A DNA stretch of 64,000 bases from Fistulifera solaris (Eukaryota), in contig AP026138.1 in the NCBI GenBank assembly GCA_030295235.1, positions 744,001 through 808,000 on the forward strand. Reading direction: 5' to 3'. Both the position numbers and the translations under genes were made by a program. Within the stretch, counting starts at the first letter, position 1. Each line of letters starts with the position of its first letter. The notes below the pieces were generated by a model that did no database searches, was not told the origin of the DNA, and saw only the letters and a program-made list of their open reading frames with translations. This document shows, in pieces, positions 63,325-64,000 of the stretch.

Positions 63325-64000
63325 ATGTTTGAAGCTCGCCTCGCTAACGGAAATATCTTCAAAATGATTGTGGAATCGATCCGCGAACTCATCGTCGATG
63401 TCAATATTGACTGCTCGACGGAAGAGCTGGCGATTCAATGCATGGACTCGGCTCACGTTGCTTTGGTCTCTATGAGCTTGTCACAGAGTGCCTTTGATCA
63501 CTTTCGATGCGATAGATCTCTTTCGCTCGGCTTGAACTTGCCGAATGTCTCCAAGATCTTCAAGATGATGGGTCGTGATGATACGATGGTCCTCAAGGCG
63601 GAAGATAGTGCCGACAAGCTCATGCTCATGTTTGAGAATGATAAATCGGGAACTATTGCGGATTTCGGTGCGTCTAGATTGAGTTGATTGTAGTATTTTT
63701 ACTCTGTTTGTCTTGTTTACTCACTTCCTCTTTCTACAACAGAACTCAAACTCATGGCCATTGAAGCCGAACAACTCGGTGTCCCCGATACGCCCTACAA
63801 ATGCAGCATTTCCATGCCGTCGTCGGAATTCCAGCGCATTGTACGTGATCTACAAGTCATGGGTGATACGTGCAAGATCTCGTGCACCAAGGAAGGTTTG
63901 AAATTCTCCGCCACGGGTCAAATTGGTACGGGCAATATCTTGATGCGTCAAAATGTCGCTTCCGAGAAAGAAGAAGACCACGTCACGATTGATATGGAAG
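63325..64000 (+). CDS. PCNA: Proliferating cell nuclear antigen, intron ~63668-63741, runs off window end
   Basis: MFEARL, QCMDSAHVALV, FDHFRCDR, ADF|ELKLM, MPSSEFQRIVRDL. Confidence 0.96.

Overview
Gene-dense eukaryotic nuclear DNA, almost certainly a diatom. The evidence is short GT-AG introns, bipartite plastid presequences, a silicanin-1 homolog and diatom-type orphan families. The window holds about 27 protein genes, including PIG-M, VPS9, a globin, an isochorismatase, two bestrophin-like paralogs, miaA, ATG16, head-to-head mitochondrial ATP synthase delta/beta, DUS1, a DHHC enzyme, DUF1295, a PAPS transporter, a flavoprotein disulfide reductase, JmjC, a ~2000-aa modular repeat protein, Sin1, Sec3, DNAJB12-like, MRG, CRAL-TRIO and PCNA. 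It also holds one intron-containing tRNA-Arg(UCU). Many genes carry 1-bp frameshifts, mostly in homopolymers, best explained as unpolished long-read errors. The most unusual signal is non-coding: four families of intergenic tandem arrays with 206-250 bp units. Families C and D share a TCATGACT-anchored motif that also forms a perfect 19-bp inverted repeat pair around a 280-bp MITE-like element. Family B is built from palindromes spaced 51-52 bp apart and brackets miaA in inverted orientation. Family A carries a dispersed hairpin-containing core. Also notable are a tract of 'drifting' 7-bp duplications and a giant protein combining an unrecognised 7x repeat, 7x CCDC53-like repeats and a WH2-like tail. 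All calls are by eye, and no database searches were run.
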